In this document: positions 44,469 to 53,026 of the stretch, piece after piece | Position numbering within the stretch: position 1 is the stretch's first letter | How the letters are laid out: every line of letters starts with the position of its first letter | Origin: Candidatus Methanoperedens sp. | GTDB lineage: Bacteria > Patescibacteriota > Microgenomatia > UBA12405 | Assembly: GCA_035562735.1 (NCBI GenBank) | Contig: DATMWB010000014.1 | Span: 1 to 54,210 of the forward strand | Direction of reading: 5' to 3' | DNA length: 54,210 nucleotides | Made by a program: the position numbers and the translations under genes | The notes under the pieces: generated by a model | Told to the model about the DNA's origin: nothing | The model's database searches: none | Seen by the model: the letters and a program-made list of their open reading frames with translations, nothing else

Positions 44469-45291
44469 CCTCAATCTCAAGGCCATATAAATTGATGTTT
44501 TGACTGTAGAAGTATATAGAGTTGCCAACTTTAATTTGTTGGTGTCCCGCAAAATACCAACGTCCATCAATAAGTTCGGTGTTTACCTGAAAGGTTACAA
44601 CAACATCCTTGGCATTTTCATTTAGTTTAAAACCTAGACTTTGGTTGTTGTTGGTCAATTCACTAACATATATTCTGGTTGTTTTTTCAGTATGAAATGA
44701 AGTAATAGTAGCTATGATGCTTTGATCATAGCGATTTTTCATAACGTCGTTAATTTTTATATTGTTTATTATATAGGCATCAATTCCTCGACCCCGAGCG
44801 GTAACGGTAAATGTTTTTTTTGGATAACCTGATGATGGCATGTCAATATCAACAATTTGCCCATAAACAATATTTTGATCTGGGGCAATTTCGATGGCGG
44901 AACCTAGGTCTAAAGGCTTATTTTTGAAAATATGTTGTTGAATTCTTTTTTGATAGGTTGTTCTTAATTTCACTGTTAGGTAGACATCAGCTTCTTCTGA
45001 ACCTCTTTCATAGTTTTCGACATTGATTATTTCGGCAATAACTTTTCCTGACTTACCATATTCCTTTTGACCTATTTTTAGTTTGTCACTGAGCCAAAAT
45101 GGGGTTCTGTATCCATAGGGATTGTAATTTTCTGCCCAACTCTTGTTGATGATTTCGATTTTGACAGTTTTCCATTCGACTTTCTGACCAAAAAACTTGA
45201 TAACAAAGACGACAAAGACAATAATTGAAATTGAAATAAAAACTTCAAAAATACTCAAGGTTTTTAGCCGTTGTTTTACCCATTTAAACAT
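44458..45291 (-). CDS. Membrane-anchored beta-rich protein of unknown function
   Basis: The only evidence is one N-terminal TM helix (IFEVFISISIIVFVVFVI), ORF length and its operon position ahead of the Wzy-like gene. Confidence 0.4.
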   Translation of the reverse strand: MFKWVKQRLKTLSIFEVFISISIIVFVVFVIKFFGQKVEWKTVKIEIINKSWAENYNPYGYRTPFWLSDKLKIGQKEYGKSGKVIAEIINVENYERGSEEADVYLTVKLRTTYQKRIQQHIFKNKPLDLGSAIEIAPDQNIVYGQIVDIDMPSSGYPKKTFTVTARGRGIDAYIINNIKINDVMKNRYDQSIIATITSFHTEKTTRIYVSELTNNNQSLGFKLNENAKDVVVTFQVNTELIDGRWYFAGHQQIKVGNSIYFYSQNINLYGLEIEDVK

Positions 45292-45312
45292 AGGTTATTA
45301 TATTACATAGAG

Positions 45313-46434
45313 ATGAAGATAGCTAAAAGAGGTGTTTTTAGAAAAATTGGTGAGTTGTTGGACGGTTTTTTCCGATACAACATACAATCAAAGTTTTTTC
45401 CTTTGAGTCCTAGGAGTCTGATGATAAATTTGACATACAAATGTAATTCAAGATGTGTGATGTGTAATATATGGAAGATTAGACCTAAAAATGAGATTAC
45501 ATATGAGAAATGGCAGGAGCTTATGAAAGATAATATTTTTTCTGATATACGTAATCTAACAATTTCAGGCGGGGAGCCGGTTTTATATACTGACTATGTC
45601 AAATCTGTAAAACTTTTCGTTGACTCAATGCCAAAGCTGAGGAGATTGGTGCTTAATACGAATGGATTTTTACCAAAAATAATTGAGGAGAGTATAAGAG
45701 AAATTGCAAAATATTGTGTTAAAAGAAAAATAAAGGTAGCGGTTTCAGTATCAGTTGATGGGGTTGGGTCAGTGCATGATAAATTGAGGCGGATACCTGA
45801 GGGATTTAAAAAAGCAACAGAGACGATTAATCGCTTAAAAAAGATATGTAATGAGTTTGATATCAGTGTGGGAGTCTCAACGGTGATAATGAGACAAAAT
45901 GTAAAAAGTTATTGGGAGATGAAAAAATGGTTACAGAAGAATGAAATAAATGGCGGTTTTCAAATTGTAGGTTTTCATAAAGATTTTTTGAAAAATAAGT
46001 CACAAGAGAAAAAAATAGGGATAAATTCGATGGTTAAAAATGATTTCTTGGAGGTACTTGGAGATGTTCGTAACTCGAGAAATAAGTTTTCGTTGATTCG
46101 ATATTATTGGGACGACATGATTCAGATGTATGGGGAATCGTCTTATCGAAGTACTCCTTGTCCCTTTTTGAAAGATGACTTTGTAATTGATAGTTTGGGG
46201 GATGTTTACTACTGTTTGTCAGTGAGACCTATTGGAAATTTTTTGAAAGAAAAAAGATCGGTTGGCAAGATATATTTTGATAAAAAAAATATTCTTTTTA
46301 GGAAAAACTTACCCAGGAGGGATTGCCAAAATTGTAATAGCGGATGTAATGTCACAAATGGGATAGCCTTTGAAGCTAAACGTTATATTTGGTACAAATT
46401 AACTGGAAGTCTGTGGCCGATTAAAAGTATTTGA
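45313..46434 (+). CDS. Radical SAM protein with a Cys-rich (SPASM-like) C-terminus, paralog of 40163-41236
   Basis: LTYKCNSRCVMCNIWK, ISGGEPVL, C-terminal CPFLKDDFVIDSLGDVYYC and CQNCNSGC. The start is set at 45313 (MKIAKRG). Confidence 0.8.
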   Translation: MKIAKRGVFRKIGELLDGFFRYNIQSKFFPLSPRSLMINLTYKCNSRCVMCNIWKIRPKNEITYEKWQELMKDNIFSDIRNLTISGGEPVLYTDYVKSVKLFVDSMPKLRRLVLNTNGFLPKIIEESIREIAKYCVKRKIKVAVSVSVDGVGSVHDKLRRIPEGFKKATETINRLKKICNEFDISVGVSTVIMRQNVKSYWEMKKWLQKNEINGGFQIVGFHKDFLKNKSQEKKIGINSMVKNDFLEVLGDVRNSRNKFSLIRYYWDDMIQMYGESSYRSTPCPFLKDDFVIDSLGDVYYCLSVRPIGNFLKEKRSVGKIYFDKKNILFRKNLPRRDCQNCNSGCNVTNGIAFEAKRYIWYKLTGSLWPIKSI

Positions 46435-47515
46435 TATAGTTACGGATATGTCTTTGCTGATTTTTAAGAATTTTATCGAGGTAGATTTGTAGATAAGTGG
46501 TGACTGGTATTTTAAGATCTTTTTGAATAATATTGGCTGCTTGGATATCTGTATCGTAGATTATTTTTGATTTATCCTTTGTAAAAAACTGTGATATTTC
46601 GGGGATGTTTCTGAGAACTGGAATACAGCCACTACTAATGGCTTCCATCAAAGTTAATGGAAAACCTTCATAGTCAGAGGATAAAAGAAATATCTTGGAA
46701 TTTGAATAATATTTTGAAGTGTCTAGTGTTGGTTTGATAATTTCGACATTTTTTTGAAGAGATAATTTGTTTATTAGTTTGATGATTTTTTTGCGGTCAT
46801 CACCATCTCCGACAATTTTAACCTTCAATTTGGGTACATTTTTGGTTACTAATTTAATTATTTGAAGAAAGAGTGGTAAATTTTTTTGGGCATCAATACG
46901 ACCGACAAAGAGGATATCGATTAGTCTTTTGTTTTGTGGAATTATTTTTTGAGGTGGGTAGTCGAGGGGTAGCCAGTTTGGTGAAGCAACAATATTTTTT
47001 TGCGAATGTCCATGATAAATCATTTGCTCTAAATCTTTTTTTTGAATAGGAGTTTGGACAAGGATGGTGTTGGCAAGGGGGTAAAGCCATTTTATGAGTA
47101 GTTTTCTTAAGGAAGGAAAAGTTTCTGTATAGACATATTTTGAGGTAAGGATGTCTTCACCAATGGTTAAGCGAGGTTTAAGCCATGGTAAGAGCTGAAG
47201 AGCTACTAAAGTGGGAACAGTTCCAAGATCCATAAAGGAAAGAATTTTGTCTGGTCTAACAATGGCTAGTTTTTGGATTAGCCAGAGAGTAAACCAAGTT
47301 ATATTGAAATTATGTGTATGAATGCTTGGAGCAAGTACGGTTATATCTTTGGGGATACAATCTAGAAAAATTCCTTCACGTTTTCGAAGACATAAAATTA
47401 TCTTTGTATTAGGGAGAAACTTTTGGTGGTATTTGATAATGTCAAGAATTTTCCTTTGGATACCTCCAAGTCGCATATCATGGAAGACAATCATGAGGGT
47501 ATGTTTTGTTTTCAT
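46421..47515 (-). CDS. Glycosyltransferase family 4 (GT-B)
   Basis: FVGRIDAQKN, LLSSDYEGFPLTLMEAISSGCIPV. Confidence 0.85.
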   Translation of the reverse strand: MKTKHTLMIVFHDMRLGGIQRKILDIIKYHQKFLPNTKIILCLRKREGIFLDCIPKDITVLAPSIHTHNFNITWFTLWLIQKLAIVRPDKILSFMDLGTVPTLVALQLLPWLKPRLTIGEDILTSKYVYTETFPSLRKLLIKWLYPLANTILVQTPIQKKDLEQMIYHGHSQKNIVASPNWLPLDYPPQKIIPQNKRLIDILFVGRIDAQKNLPLFLQIIKLVTKNVPKLKVKIVGDGDDRKKIIKLINKLSLQKNVEIIKPTLDTSKYYSNSKIFLLSSDYEGFPLTLMEAISSGCIPVLRNIPEISQFFTKDKSKIIYDTDIQAANIIQKDLKIPVTTYLQIYLDKILKNQQRHIRNYIKYF

Positions 47516-48615
47516 TACAAATATTTGCTTAGGTGATTAACAGTATTATTAAAATTTATTTGTTGATTTAACAATGTTTTCTTTTGATAATAACTTGAGA
47601 TTAGCTTTCTTTGGTGAGAATTTGATAGCAGTTTTTTAATATTTTTAATAGCCTTGGTGTTTGTATTATACAAAAGATAATTAGAAGAAAAGTCAAAATA
47701 ATTTTGGATTTCTTTAAGACTAATACAAATTGGTATTGAACCGGAGGCGGTAGCTTCCAGAAGAGTCAAGGGAAAGCCCTCGTGCCTTGAAGTTAATAAA
47801 AAAAGTTTTGAACGCTGGAAGTATTTATATGATTTCGTTGTTTTTGGATGAAGTGAAACTTGAGGGTTTAGATTATTTTTAAAAATATATTTTTTAATTT
47901 TTGGAGTTAGGGAGCCATAGCCTACCATAGAAATATTTAATTTTGGATTATTTGCTAATAAACGTTTACATATTTTTAGAAATTTAAGAGGGTTCTTTTG
48001 AGGTTCAAAACGACCTAAAAATAAGATGTCGATATCTCTTTTTTGATTAGAAATTTGTTTGGGATAAGTATTGGGGAGCCAATTTTCAAGGATAGCAATT
48101 TTGTTTTTTAAAGAAGATTTTATTTTTAGTAAGTTGCTTTTACCTGATTGAGATAAGACGATTATTGAATTTGAAAAAGGATATAAAATTTTTACTAAAA
48201 TAATTCTTAAAAACGAAAAAGAATCTGTTTTTAACTGTTGAATAATACTTGAATCTTCACTAATGACTAATTTCGTTTTTGAAAAACTAAACATTTTTCC
48301 TATGATGGCAGAGATAGCACTGTAATTGCCAAAGGCAATAACAAGATTGGGTTTTATTTTGTTGAATGCACAGGATAACCAAAAAGGAAATATTAGGGTT
48401 TTTAGCTTTAATTTGTCAGTAAGAGGTGGGTGGACAAGATTGATATTGGGTGGAATTTTTGCAAGTAGTGGACCGATTTTTGTTTTTAAAATAATCGTTA
48501 ATTTGTAATTTTTTTTCTTGGAATAGTGTTTTGAAATATCAACGATTTTTGTTTCAATCCCACCAATATTTAGATTGTTGAAAACAATTATAATTTTTTT
48601 GGAAGTTGTTTCCAT
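47515..48615 (-). CDS. Glycosyltransferase family 4 (GT-B)
   Basis: FLGRFEPQKNP, LLTSRHEGFPLTLLEATASGSIPI. Confidence 0.85.
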   Translation of the reverse strand: METTSKKIIIVFNNLNIGGIETKIVDISKHYSKKKNYKLTIILKTKIGPLLAKIPPNINLVHPPLTDKLKLKTLIFPFWLSCAFNKIKPNLVIAFGNYSAISAIIGKMFSFSKTKLVISEDSSIIQQLKTDSFSFLRIILVKILYPFSNSIIVLSQSGKSNLLKIKSSLKNKIAILENWLPNTYPKQISNQKRDIDILFLGRFEPQKNPLKFLKICKRLLANNPKLNISMVGYGSLTPKIKKYIFKNNLNPQVSLHPKTTKSYKYFQRSKLFLLTSRHEGFPLTLLEATASGSIPICISLKEIQNYFDFSSNYLLYNTNTKAIKNIKKLLSNSHQRKLISSYYQKKTLLNQQINFNNTVNHLSKYL

Positions 48616-48649
48616 CTATAAGCTGATTTTAACAGGTATAATTGGCATA

Positions 48650-49759
48650 ATGAAACGGAAAAAAATTGCGATTGTCTCAGATGTAATGATGAGTATTGGT
48701 GGGGCAGAGATGGTAGTTATGAAATTGATGGAGATGTATCCTGCGGCTGATTTCTATACTTTGTTTATTAGCCCCAAAGCCTTAAAAGGAATTGAAGAAA
48801 GGTTTCCAAAAATTAATGTTCGAACTTCAATTTTTCAGAGAATTATAAAGGGGGATAATGTCAGCAAATATGTTTCAATAATTAAATTAATATCTTGGAT
48901 GTATTGGGAATTATTGGATTTAAGTAGGTATGATTTAGTAATATCTTCATCACATTCCTTTATGTCAAAAAATGTAAAAAAGGGTAAGGGAGCCAAGCAT
49001 CTATCATATATTCATACACCTCCAAGATATTTATATGATGAGTTTAATGAGATTGGATGGATAAAGACAAAACCATGGTCACTATTCTTTTGGCCGTGGA
49101 AAAAAATATTACGATATGTTGACTGGATGGGAGCGAAAAGACCGGATGTAATGATGGCAAATTCGGTCAATGTGGCAAAGAGGATTGAAAAATATTACGG
49201 TAGAGTGGCGGTGGTTGTATATCCTCCAGTAGGAGGGAATTTTGGGGTAAGAAAAGGAAGTAAAAAAGATAACTACTTTGTTTGTTTGTCTCGTCTAGTA
49301 AGGCAAAAAGGAATTGATTTGGCAGTATCTACCTGCTCTTTTTATAAAATTCCATTGATAGTGGTGGGAAAAGGTGGGGAAATTAGTCGGTTGAGAAATA
49401 TGGCTGATACTTGTGTTGAGTTTGTAGAAGAGTGTGACGATAATTTAAAATTTAAAATATTGGCTAACGCAAAGGCGTTGATATATACATCAAAGGAAGA
49501 GGATTTTGGAATGGTACCAATTGAAGCTTTAAAATTAGGAACTCCGGTTATTGCTTATATGTCTGGTGGAGTGGTTGAGAGTGTTGTTGACGGGGTCAAT
49601 GGGATTTTATATAAAGAATTCAATAAAGTATCCTTGTATGAGGCAATCAAAAAATTTAATAAAAAAAAGATTAGTAGACAGACTTGTATTTCTTCAGTAA
49701 GGAAGTTTTCTGATAAAGTTTTTGAAAAGAAAATTAGAGATTATGTAGATAATGAATAA
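48650..49759 (+). CDS. Glycosyltransferase family 4 (GT-B)
   Basis: LSRLVRQKGID, IYTSKEEDFGMVPIEALKLGTPVIA. The start is set at MKRKKIAIV (48650). Confidence 0.85.
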   Translation: MKRKKIAIVSDVMMSIGGAEMVVMKLMEMYPAADFYTLFISPKALKGIEERFPKINVRTSIFQRIIKGDNVSKYVSIIKLISWMYWELLDLSRYDLVISSSHSFMSKNVKKGKGAKHLSYIHTPPRYLYDEFNEIGWIKTKPWSLFFWPWKKILRYVDWMGAKRPDVMMANSVNVAKRIEKYYGRVAVVVYPPVGGNFGVRKGSKKDNYFVCLSRLVRQKGIDLAVSTCSFYKIPLIVVGKGGEISRLRNMADTCVEFVEECDDNLKFKILANAKALIYTSKEEDFGMVPIEALKLGTPVIAYMSGGVVESVVDGVNGILYKEFNKVSLYEAIKKFNKKKISRQTCISSVRKFSDKVFEKKIRDYVDNE

Positions 49760-50453
49760 AAAAGTTGGAATATTGGGAATTAATTTGAGTTTGATGAATT
49801 TTGATGAAAGCATTCAATTTATTAAAAAGAGGATTAAGTTGAAAAAAGGAACAGTGGTCTATTGTTGTACCTTAAATGAAGTAAAAATGGTGAATGAAGA
49901 TAAAAATTTCGAATACTTATTTAATAAGGCAGATTTAATTACCCCTGATGGAATGCCTTTGGTTTGGGGTATTCGATTAAAGACGGGTAAGGGAGAAAGG
50001 GTATATGGACCTGAATTGATGGAGGAAATATTGTCTATGGATTTTTGTAAATATGTTTTTGTAGGAGACAAAAAAAATATGAGCTTTTTTAAAAAAATAG
50101 GTGATTATATTGTTATGCCAATGAAAGATAAATTTTCAGTTGAAGATTATAATGAACTTTTCATTAAATTGAATATGTCTAAAGGTCAGTTGGTGTGGTT
50201 GGGGTTGGGTTCAAAGAAACAAGTGGAAGTGGCTTATGAAATGAAAAAGAGGGGGCTAAATAAAGTAATAGTTACTGTCGGGGCTGCCTTTGATTTTATT
50301 AGTGGAAACAAAAAGCAGGCACCAAGGTGGTTAAGAAATTTGGGAGGAGAATGGTTATTTAGGTTGTTTACTGAACCAAGAAGATTGGGTGGGAGATATC
50401 TAAAAATAATGAAATTTTTAGGGAAGAGTGTTTATAAAAAAGTAATCAATTAG
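49752..50453 (+). CDS. WecB/TagA/CpsF-family glycosyltransferase (GT26)
   Basis: ITPDGMPLVWG, WLGLGSKKQ, VGAAFDFISGNKKQAPRWLRNLGGEWLFRLFTEPRRL. Confidence 0.85.
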   Translation: MNKKVGILGINLSLMNFDESIQFIKKRIKLKKGTVVYCCTLNEVKMVNEDKNFEYLFNKADLITPDGMPLVWGIRLKTGKGERVYGPELMEEILSMDFCKYVFVGDKKNMSFFKKIGDYIVMPMKDKFSVEDYNELFIKLNMSKGQLVWLGLGSKKQVEVAYEMKKRGLNKVIVTVGAAFDFISGNKKQAPRWLRNLGGEWLFRLFTEPRRLGGRYLKIMKFLGKSVYKKVIN

Positions 50454-52278
50454 TAAGATTGAGAATTGTTTGCTTAAATTCATTTTCTCCCGGTCGCATA
50501 AAGTTGGAAGAATTTTGATTGAGATATTCTTGGCAATGTAATTTTGAATCTACATTTTGTTGGCATTCTGTTTTTAGGAGCTCTGTGGCTGTATTGGTGT
50601 CACCGTTGTGCCAGTAGGCATTGGCAAGTTCGATGTAAAAATGACTCCAACCCTGAGAAAAATGAAGAGCAATTTTTAAGATATTGATAGAGCTATTTTT
50701 ATCTCCCTGCTCATATTTATAAATACCTTGTTCGTATGCTATTTTTGCAAGTTCGATTGTTTTTGAAACTGGGATAGCGTCGATGTTTAGATTTTTGTTT
50801 GCTAAATAGAGTGTTTGGTCTAATCCATGAGAATCATTATTTAAGAGCTGATATTTGGCGAGATTAATATAAGATTGGATATTTTCTTCGAGTGGGTTTA
50901 TTTCAATTAACTTTTGATAAAAGTTGACTTTTGTTGTATTTTCGGCCAGTGTTCGATAAAGAGGTAAATAATTTTTAAATAGAGTGAGACTACTTTGGAG
51001 ATTTTTTTCATTAACATTTTTTAAACGGGGATTTATATTGAAGGGATCAAGAGATTGGCTTAGGTTGTATTTTTGACTGATATAGAAGTAATCAGAAGCT
51101 GTTTTGCTAATAAAAAATAAAGAAATGATGATGAGGAGGATTAGGCTGGCAGGATGTTTGTTATCGGAAGGTAAAGCAGGGGATACAAAATGTGGAAACT
51201 CATAAAAAATAAAAAATAAAGATAAGGAAAAAATGCCTATAGAATTCCAACTAGGATCGAGTAGAGAATTTAATAAAGCTGAGAAAGCTATTGCGAAGCT
51301 AAGTCGATGGTTTTGGTGTTGATATTTTAGGCTGACCAGGATAGTGCCAAAAAATATAAGAGTAAAAGGTAGACCATTTAGACATAGAAATTCTAGAAAA
51401 GAATTGTGAGCGTAGTTGGTGTTGGTATCGGGATAGCTTTGGTAAAGCTTGTTTATATAGAAGAAGTTTCCCGGTCCATGTCCAAGAATTGGACGATCCA
51501 AAAAAGCATTTATAGCTTGTTGCCAATATTCTGGCCTCCGACCATCAAAACTTTTTGTATATTTATTTTGAGAGAGAAATTGAAGATTGGTTATAAGGGT
51601 AAAAATAACAAGCAAAATGACAAAGGGGGCTTGAAGGTGGCGAGCTATTTTGGGCAATACTATATATATAGTACCCAAGGTCAGAGCAGTTATGGCTGAG
51701 CGAGAATTGGTAAGAAAAATAATTGTTGAAATAAAGATAATTGAGATAATATTAAAAAGTTTTTTTGATGGAGTAAGAGAAGTCGAATTGGTTAGTTTAA
51801 AGAGGAGGTAAGGAAAAGAAAAGATGAGCAAATCGGCAAAATAGCTGTGTCCCCATACTTGAAGAATAAAATTATCGAGGGACTCGTCGGGGGGGATAGT
51901 GACTAGTCCGATTTTGTTTAACAAAAAAATTACTGAGTAAAAAAAAGAAAAATATAGAATGTATTTGGATACCTCTTCAATTTTCAGGTATTTTAAAGAT
52001 AGATTTAACAGGATAAAACAAAAGATAAGGTTAAATAGAGCATAATATGAAAAACCAATATTTTTTGAAAAAAGAGTTGAAAGTAAGGATAAAAATATAA
52101 GTATTAGTTCAAAATATACAAGTTTTTTGTTAATTTTTTTTGATGTTTTATGATTTAGAGAGGTAAAGTATAAAAGAATTGTTCCGCCATAAAGAATTAG
52201 GGATTCAGAATAATTGATGGCTTTCCCAAAAATTGGAATTATTAAGATAAAACAAGTAAGGATGAAATTAAAGGTCAT
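50446..52278 (-). CDS. O-antigen ligase / Wzy-like membrane protein with a C-terminal TPR-like domain
   Basis: TNSRSAITALTLG and NYAHNSFLEFLCLNGLPF (Wzy_C-type) lie within about 12 TM helices. The last 200 aa or so are soluble and helical-repeat-like (YLANKNL.., AYEQGIYKYEQGDKNSSI.., LANAYWHNGDTNTATELL). Confidence 0.7.
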   Translation of the reverse strand: MTFNFILTCFILIIPIFGKAINYSESLILYGGTILLYFTSLNHKTSKKINKKLVYFELILIFLSLLSTLFSKNIGFSYYALFNLIFCFILLNLSLKYLKIEEVSKYILYFSFFYSVIFLLNKIGLVTIPPDESLDNFILQVWGHSYFADLLIFSFPYLLFKLTNSTSLTPSKKLFNIISIIFISTIIFLTNSRSAITALTLGTIYIVLPKIARHLQAPFVILLVIFTLITNLQFLSQNKYTKSFDGRRPEYWQQAINAFLDRPILGHGPGNFFYINKLYQSYPDTNTNYAHNSFLEFLCLNGLPFTLIFFGTILVSLKYQHQNHRLSFAIAFSALLNSLLDPSWNSIGIFSLSLFFIFYEFPHFVSPALPSDNKHPASLILLIIISLFFISKTASDYFYISQKYNLSQSLDPFNINPRLKNVNEKNLQSSLTLFKNYLPLYRTLAENTTKVNFYQKLIEINPLEENIQSYINLAKYQLLNNDSHGLDQTLYLANKNLNIDAIPVSKTIELAKIAYEQGIYKYEQGDKNSSINILKIALHFSQGWSHFYIELANAYWHNGDTNTATELLKTECQQNVDSKLHCQEYLNQNSSNFMRPGENEFKQTILNLTN

Positions 52279-52314
52279 TGATAAGATTATATGATAAGTG
52301 TATAAAGGAATTTT

Positions 52315-52932
52315 ATGTTGAATCGAATTTTGGGATTGTTATTTTTGTTGGTATTTAGTCCGGTCATATTTGGGCTGACTTTGTTGGTGTGGATTTTTTC
52401 TGGATGGCCGATTTTATTTTTTCAGAATAGAGTGGGGTATAAGGGGAAAATATTTAAAATCATAAAATTTAGAACGATGTGTAGAGATGCTGAAACAATC
52501 AAGAAAAAATATATAAAATTGAATGAGGCTGATGGACCGGTGTTTAAGATAAGAAATGATCCAAGGTTGACAAAGGTGGGAAAATTTTTGTTTCATTGTG
52601 GTTTGGATGAAATGCCTCAATTTATAAATATGATAAAAGGTGAGATGGTTTTGATTGGACCTAGACCCTTACCTTTGGATGAAGAGAAAAAAATAGATCA
52701 AAAGTACTCAAAGTATAGGACTCGTGTCCGACCGGGTATTTTGTCACCTTGGATTTTAAATGGATATCACAAGTTAAAATTTAGAGACTGGATGGAAAGT
52801 GATTTGGACTATATAGAAAATAAAAGTTTATTGGGAGATGTGGGTATTTTTTTCCGAGGGTGTGAATTGATGTGGAAGTTGCTGTGGAGAGAAATGGGAA
52901 GTTTTTTCAGTAAAAATTCAGAAAGATGGTAA
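52315..52932 (+). CDS. Undecaprenyl-phosphate sugar phosphotransferase (bacterial sugar transferase, WbaP/EpsL-like short form)
   Basis: FFQNRVGYKGKIFKIIKFRTM, DGPVFKIRNDPRLTKVGKFL, LDEMPQFINMIKGEMVLIGPRP. Confidence 0.9.
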   Translation: MLNRILGLLFLLVFSPVIFGLTLLVWIFSGWPILFFQNRVGYKGKIFKIIKFRTMCRDAETIKKKYIKLNEADGPVFKIRNDPRLTKVGKFLFHCGLDEMPQFINMIKGEMVLIGPRPLPLDEEKKIDQKYSKYRTRVRPGILSPWILNGYHKLKFRDWMESDLDYIENKSLLGDVGIFFRGCELMWKLLWREMGSFFSKNSERW

Positions 52933-53026
52933 TTTGTTTTTGTTTGATATATTGACCCTTATTATTAAACGTGTAAAACTGATTATTAGTAGTAGTTTAT
53001 ACAAAGTAAAAATCTAAAATAAAATT

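Noticed and set aside
28748-46434. Calling the locus an aminoglycoside-type biosynthetic gene cluster
   Set aside because: Several tailoring-enzyme families overlap with aminoglycoside pathways. However, I see no 2-deoxy-scyllo-inosose synthase-like or sugar aminotransferase gene. The presence of a priming phosphotransferase, Wzy-like proteins and an ABC-2 exporter favours a surface glycan.
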